A program made the position numbers and the translations under genes. From assembly GCA_964428315.1 (NCBI GenBank), contig CAYRXT010000001.1:18944-82943 (forward strand): a stretch of DNA of 64,000 bases. The letters run 5' to 3'. Positions 56,301 through 62,300 of the stretch are shown here, piece by piece. The notes beneath the pieces were generated by a model that saw only the letters and a list, made by a program, of their open reading frames with translations, was not told where the DNA came from and did not search any database. This stretch comes from an uncultured Planctomycetales bacterium (GTDB lineage: Bacteria > Omnitrophota > Gorgyraeia > Zapsychrales > CAYRXT01). Numbering within the stretch: position 1 is the first letter of the stretch; every line of letters begins with the position of its first letter.

Positions 56301-59300
56301 TTAAGGTGTACACGGTCTCCGGGCGGGAAGTGAGGACGCTGGTGGATGAGTACCGTGAGGCCGGGCAGTACAGCGTGGTGTGGGACGGGCGGGATGATTC
56401 CGGCAACAGCGCCGCCGCCGGCGTTTACCTGTACGTGGTGAGGCTTGACGGCAGGGTCATCGCGTCGAAGAGGATGACGCGGATGGCGGCGCAGAGGGAC
56501 GGCCGGCAGGGATGGCTGGGAAGCCTCAAGGACCTCTTCAGCATCTCTGAGGCGAGCGCGGCGGTCGAAAATCGGTACGCGGCGGCGCGGATGAAGGCTG
56601 GACCTTTCGCCCTCGAGCCGGCCGAAGCGGCCGCGCGGGCGGTCAACACGCCGGAGCCCGCCGGTCAAAACGCTGAAGAAGGCCGCGTCAGCCTGACGCT
56701 GGGGGATGTTTACGAATATATTGACATGCTCAGGGATTACAGTGACGGGCAGATACAGGGATATTTTGACATGGTCCCGGCGCTTCAGACGGCGGAGGTA
56801 TGGGAGGATTACGCGGTCATGGTCCGGATCCTGCTCCGGGAAAAAGGCGTTGCCGGGGACCCCCTGCGGTATGAACTCTTTGCCAGCCGGCCGGAAGGTC
56901 CCGGGACCGAAGTCGTGCCGGCGGTCTCCGAAGAGGAGGCCATGGATATCCTGACCGGGAAGAAATACGCCTACGACACCTTGGCCGTCAAAAGACTGTA
57001 CAAAGAAGTTATCGAGGAGCATCAAAGCAGGATGGTCCGCGACCCCGGGCTTTCGCGGCTGGAGGTCTTCCTCATGCGGTCCCAAAACATCACGCCGGCC
57101 GAGGGGCCGGAGGCGCGTTTTGGGCGCTTACAACGGACACACGCGGACGATGAGTTTGTCTCGGCCAATAGGCGTATAACCCTTTATGGTAAGGACATTT
57201 TCCACCCGACATACATCCTGGACATAAGGGGAACCGAAGTTGTGCTTAATGTGAGCCTGAAACCGGTGTTCCAGACCGCCGCGGCCGAACAACTCCTTGG
57301 GAAAATTGATGCCCGCGGCGCCGAAACCCAGGCGCTGGATATGGTGGACACACTGATGATATATATGGAAACCGCCTGCCGGGCGGAAGAGGCCGGGGAC
57401 AGGGAAAGCGCCCTGATCAACTGGAAACACGCGCTGTGGCGCGCGGAACAACTGCAGAGACTGCCCCAACCATCCTTCAGGTGGTGGTATTACGAATTCG
57501 CTGAGGACCTTGTCGATTCTATCAGGCAGTATATCCGCCGTCATTATGAGGCGCCGGGCCGGGGTATTTGGGATCGGCCCGGAGCCGTCCTCCACGGTTG
57601 TTTAAAAGGAAAGACGGGGCCGGCGGCCGGTTCGATCGTGATGAGCCTGGCGCCGCTTATGGCGCGCGCGGCCGATCAATTGGCCGGCGCCTTTGCCCAA
57701 AAGCGGCCATCGCGGGAGCCATCTATTAAAGATATTAATGGAATTATTAAGAAAATAGACGGATTAAAGGCAAGCGTGACCAGGGAAATAGCATCTCGAG
57801 AAGATGAAAGGAAGGTTAAGGATGCGAGGAAGAAGATTTATGCGTTGATATCGAAACTATACATTTACGCGTCAGAAAGCAATATCGGTATCGAAGGTTT
57901 TAAGAAGGAGGCCTGGAAGCTGATCGACCTCGCGGAGTGGGGCAACATTAACGTCAGGATGAAAGCCAGAGATCAATTACGAAGTATCTTGAACAAGAGG
58001 ATCCCGTCCATGAAAGAAGATCCTCGGCATAAAGATCATTTGGATGAAATAAAAAAGATCGAGAAGGAAATGAAGAGAATTATTGATGAATTTGATAATC
58101 GAGGCAAGAAGAGCCCCCGCGGATGTGCCCCGGCGCCTTCCATGGTCAAGACGGTCCTGCGGGCGGCGATGAATGGAGTTCAGTATATCCTTGCCGGCCC
58201 CGAGCTCCAGGCGGCGGAGGCCGCTCATGCCGCCGGGGACAAGTTCTGGCAGGATGTGGCCGCGCAGGGAGAATACAACCAGGCGGACATCGACGAAATG
58301 GCGCGGGTCACCGACAGCCTGTGGCTCGCCGCGGACCTCCCCTCGCCGGATGACGTGGAACAGGACTTGGTGCCGGCCCTGAAGACGGTCTCGACCGCGG
58401 AAGATTCCCTGGAACTGGCCCGGTCGTTCCTCTCGGCATGGGAAGTGGAAAAATTCAGGTTTCAAGACGCAAGGCAGCATGTCCTTTTCTCGCGGATCTT
58501 CGCCGCCCCGCTGGCCGCCGCTGACAGTATGCGGAGGGTTTTGAGCGGAGACCGCGGGACAGACAGGATAGAAGATGTCCTCGGCGAAGGCTGTGCTCTG
58601 GGCAGGCCTTACGCCGGGGCCGTCCTGTCCCGTATTTTTGAAGAGACGGCTGTTGATGTGCTGGGGATGGATTTGCCGGGGCATGTCTGCGTCTTTGTTG
58701 CCCTGAACACGGAGTACGGGTTTATTTATGACCCTTCATCGCTGACAACAAGCCGGGTCTTCCGTCTGGCGCGGTACACGGAGAAGGCGGGAGAGACCTA
58801 TTACTTCAAGGAGGCGTTCTACACCGAGGTCATGCCCGAAGGGTGGGCACCTGACAGGGATATATACACGGAGTTCCGGCTGTTATCCGTTGAGAAGTTC
58901 GCGGCAAAGATTCTGTTCAATATTGGCACTTACTATCTTGACCTTGATGCATTCTCAGCAGCGGCGGATTATTACAGACGAGCGCTGGCCGTGGATTCGA
59001 CGGACGCGGACGTCCTTAACAATTTGGGTAACGCTTATTTCAATCTGGGCGAATACGGGGCCGCGGCCGAACAGTACACGGCGGCGCTGACCTATAATCC
59101 CGAGAGCATTGAAAGCCGCAAATATCTGGCCCTGACCCTTGCTGAGCAAGGCAAAAAGACGGAGGCCATAATCAATCTTAAGGCATACCTGGGCGAACGG
59201 CCCGACGATTATGCAATGATGTTTCAATTGGCCCGTATGCATACGGCGAAGATTTGGATGATTTTGGGGACTTTTTTGGCCGCTTGTATCGTGGTCCTGG

Positions 59301-62300
59301 GAAGAAAACTCGGCGGACGGAACAAGGGCCGCGGCGACGGGAGCCAGGACCGTAAGGCGGGGGCGCCGGATAACGGGCGAAAGGGAGAAGACACTCATCT
59401 CAAAGCCGGGATTGAGATTGAGGGGCCGGCCGCGCGGATCATCCGGACTGTCCGCGGGTGGATGAGGAAGCTGGTTTTCAGGCGGTATGCTTCGGACACT
59501 GTTAAGGCCGCGCGCGAGAGGGCGCCTCCTGTCCGGAAGATATTCTCCCGCCTTGCTGCTTATTTTACTCAATCCCAAAGGACAAATTCCGCATCACAAG
59601 CCAATGACCATATCGAATTTTTAAATCCCAAACGGTTTCGGGCTTTGACATTTTTGACGTTCCTGACGGCCTTCTTCTTCAGCAGTGACCTGCTGGCGGC
59701 CGGGAACGCGGCGGCGCAGGAGGCCGCGCGGTCTTCCGGCCTGGAAGGCCTGGTAATCCTGCTGGCGCTGGGCGCGCTCGCGCTGGGGATGTACTGGTAT
59801 CACGCGGCAAGAGATGAAGAAGAGCCGGGCCTCTCCGATACCGGCGAAATCATGAGCCGCTGGCTTTACCAAGGGGAAGACCTCCTCGCGCTTGTGGACG
59901 GCGATCCCGACACCGCCGCGGAAGTCCTCAAGGTCCTCGAGGTGCTGACCGACCTGACCGGATTGAGGGGCGCGAAAGATCCCAAACTTAAAGCCGTTTT
60001 TGAAAACGGCCGTGACCAGTTCATGATTGCTCTGGACCGGCGGGGTCTCGGGCCGGAAGACCTGGAGCCGGTCATGGCGTCTCTCAAGACGTCAGCCGGC
60101 AAGGCCGCGCGGACTTTGCGTAATGAAGAATCCGTTGAACCCGCCGCGCGTAAGGATGAGGTAAGGCAACCCGTAGACCCCGGCGAATTTTCTCTGGCGA
60201 AATGGCTGGGCGGCGCCGTGGCCGCCGCCGGCCTCGTCGGACTGCTCGGCCGGCTGGCCCTGGCCGGAACGGCGGAAGCCGGCATCCTCTGGCTGGCCGG
60301 GGGCATAATTGTGGCCGGGGCGGCCACAATTCTCCTGGACCTGATTGTCCCGCGGTGGGATGACTTCGCGGAGGGCCTGAAGCGGATGAACGATCCGGAG
60401 TGCCGGCCGGAGCCGGTCCGGGGCGCGAGCCCGATGAAGCATTTCTGGCGCTGGACCGGCATCATCGTCCCGGTCCTCGCCGCGGCCGCGTTCCTGGCGG
60501 GCGTGATTTCGGTCCCCGCCGCCTTTGTCTCCGCGTTTTTCGGGCTGACGGCGCTGTTCGTCAGCTTCGGCTACGGCCGCGAAGGCGGTTCCTACATGAG
60601 CGGCGTGCGGCATTCCAGGGTGTTCCGGTTCGGCATGGCCCTGATGGCCGGCCTGCTCGTGATCGGGGTGTTCGCGGGCGGGGCCGACGCGCAGGACATG
60701 GGGCGGGTCGTCCAGGTCGACTACGACCGCGACGGGTTCGACGACATATCGGTGAGGCTGCCCGAGAGGGCCGGGCTCCACAGCCTCGCCGGCAAGGCCC
60801 CGGAAAAGAGCGTCTCCGAGCTGGAAGAGTTCTTTGCCGGGAACCCCGGTGTCATCGCGATGGTCCGCGAGGACCTCGCCCGGGACAGCCTGAAGCGGAC
60901 GATCCGCGATTCGCTCGACACCGAGGACTTGTACCGGGGCACGCTGGATTCGCTGGCGGCCGCGAAGACCGAAGAACTGGCCAAGTACAACCCCGGCACG
61001 GACCTCGGGGCCGACGCCGCGCTGGCCAGGAAGATGCGCGGCATCGTGCTCGACGAAGAGGCCGAGCTCCGCGCGCGCGAGAGGATCTCCCGCGACCCCG
61101 AGGCCGCGGCCGCTGTCGAGGTCAACGACGAGGCAATCAGCGAGGCGATTAAGCGGACCGCGGCCGCCGTGGACCTGCGCCACGTCTGGCCCGTCCGCGC
61201 CGAAAAGCACGGCCTGCCCGTCAACGACCTCTGGATGGCCTACGCGATCCTGGGCGGCAACTTCCCCGACATGACCGGGGACGAGATCAGCGCCACGGTC
61301 TATCGCCTGTTGAAAGAAAACGACGATTTCGGCGCCGCGTTCACGGATTTCCTGGAGAAGAAAAAGGCCGGCGCGGCCGCGGACGAAGAAGAGGCCGCCC
61401 TCAAGGCCCTCGAGGTCACCTTCGCCGACAACCCTGATATCATCCCGTCCATCGTCCGGACCTGGAACGAGCGCCGGGAATTGCTGGAAACCTATTTCTC
61501 GGACCTCGGCGCCTTCGGCAAGTTCACCCGGGCCGTGATCATGCAGGAGAGCGGGTTCGGCACCTACGCGACGAGCCACAGGTTCGACAGCTCCGGCAGG
61601 AAGATCCCGCTGGCCAAGGGCCTGATGCAGATCATAGACGCGACCTATGCGGACCAGAGCGGGAAGCTGGGGCTCGGTCCGGACGTTTACCACCGTCTCG
61701 ACAACGTCCGGGCCGGTACCGATTATTACGCGGATCGACTCAGGGATTTCCGGGATATCGAAATGGCCCTGGCCGCGTACAATTACAGAGCTTATAAGGT
61801 CGCGGCAGCTATTGCCGAAGCCAAAGGCATTTTGCTGACTGTCGCGAAGGAGAGTTTTACAGATTTGATAGCCGGAGGAAATATTGACGCTTTTCTGGAC
61901 GAGAACAGGGATTCCTTTAGAGAGTCTCCTGAAGAGATCAAGGCCGCGGCCGAACATCTGTCTGCCGATATGGCCGGGTTAAATGCGCTGCTGGGCATGA
62001 CGGCGTCTGATGCAAAGCGCGATAAGGTCACCAGGAAGCTCGCGGCGCCCAGGGTCTTGGAGATGATCGCCGAGGGCTCGCTGAAACCCAGTTTTGGGGA
62101 GACCGTTTCTCTGCTTCCCTCCGAGACCCAGAATTACGTGCCCAGCATCCTCCACATGTACGGCCGTGCCGTCGAGTACGTGGAGGCCAAAACCAGCGGC
62201 AGGCCGGCCGCCGTCAAGGCGCGGCCGGGAGCGCCGGATTACAGCAAATATATTCCGACAGAAGAGAGCCGGACTTACGACCCCGCCCTCGAGATGAGGG

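Noticed and set aside
49480-58130. LHGS, LHGC and PRGC as a second cleavage-motif class
   Set aside because: Too short and too few to distinguish from chance.
15360-62297. Short plus-strand ORFs in frames +1 and +3
   Set aside because: Arg/Pro/Ser-rich off-frame translations nested in the giant CDS.
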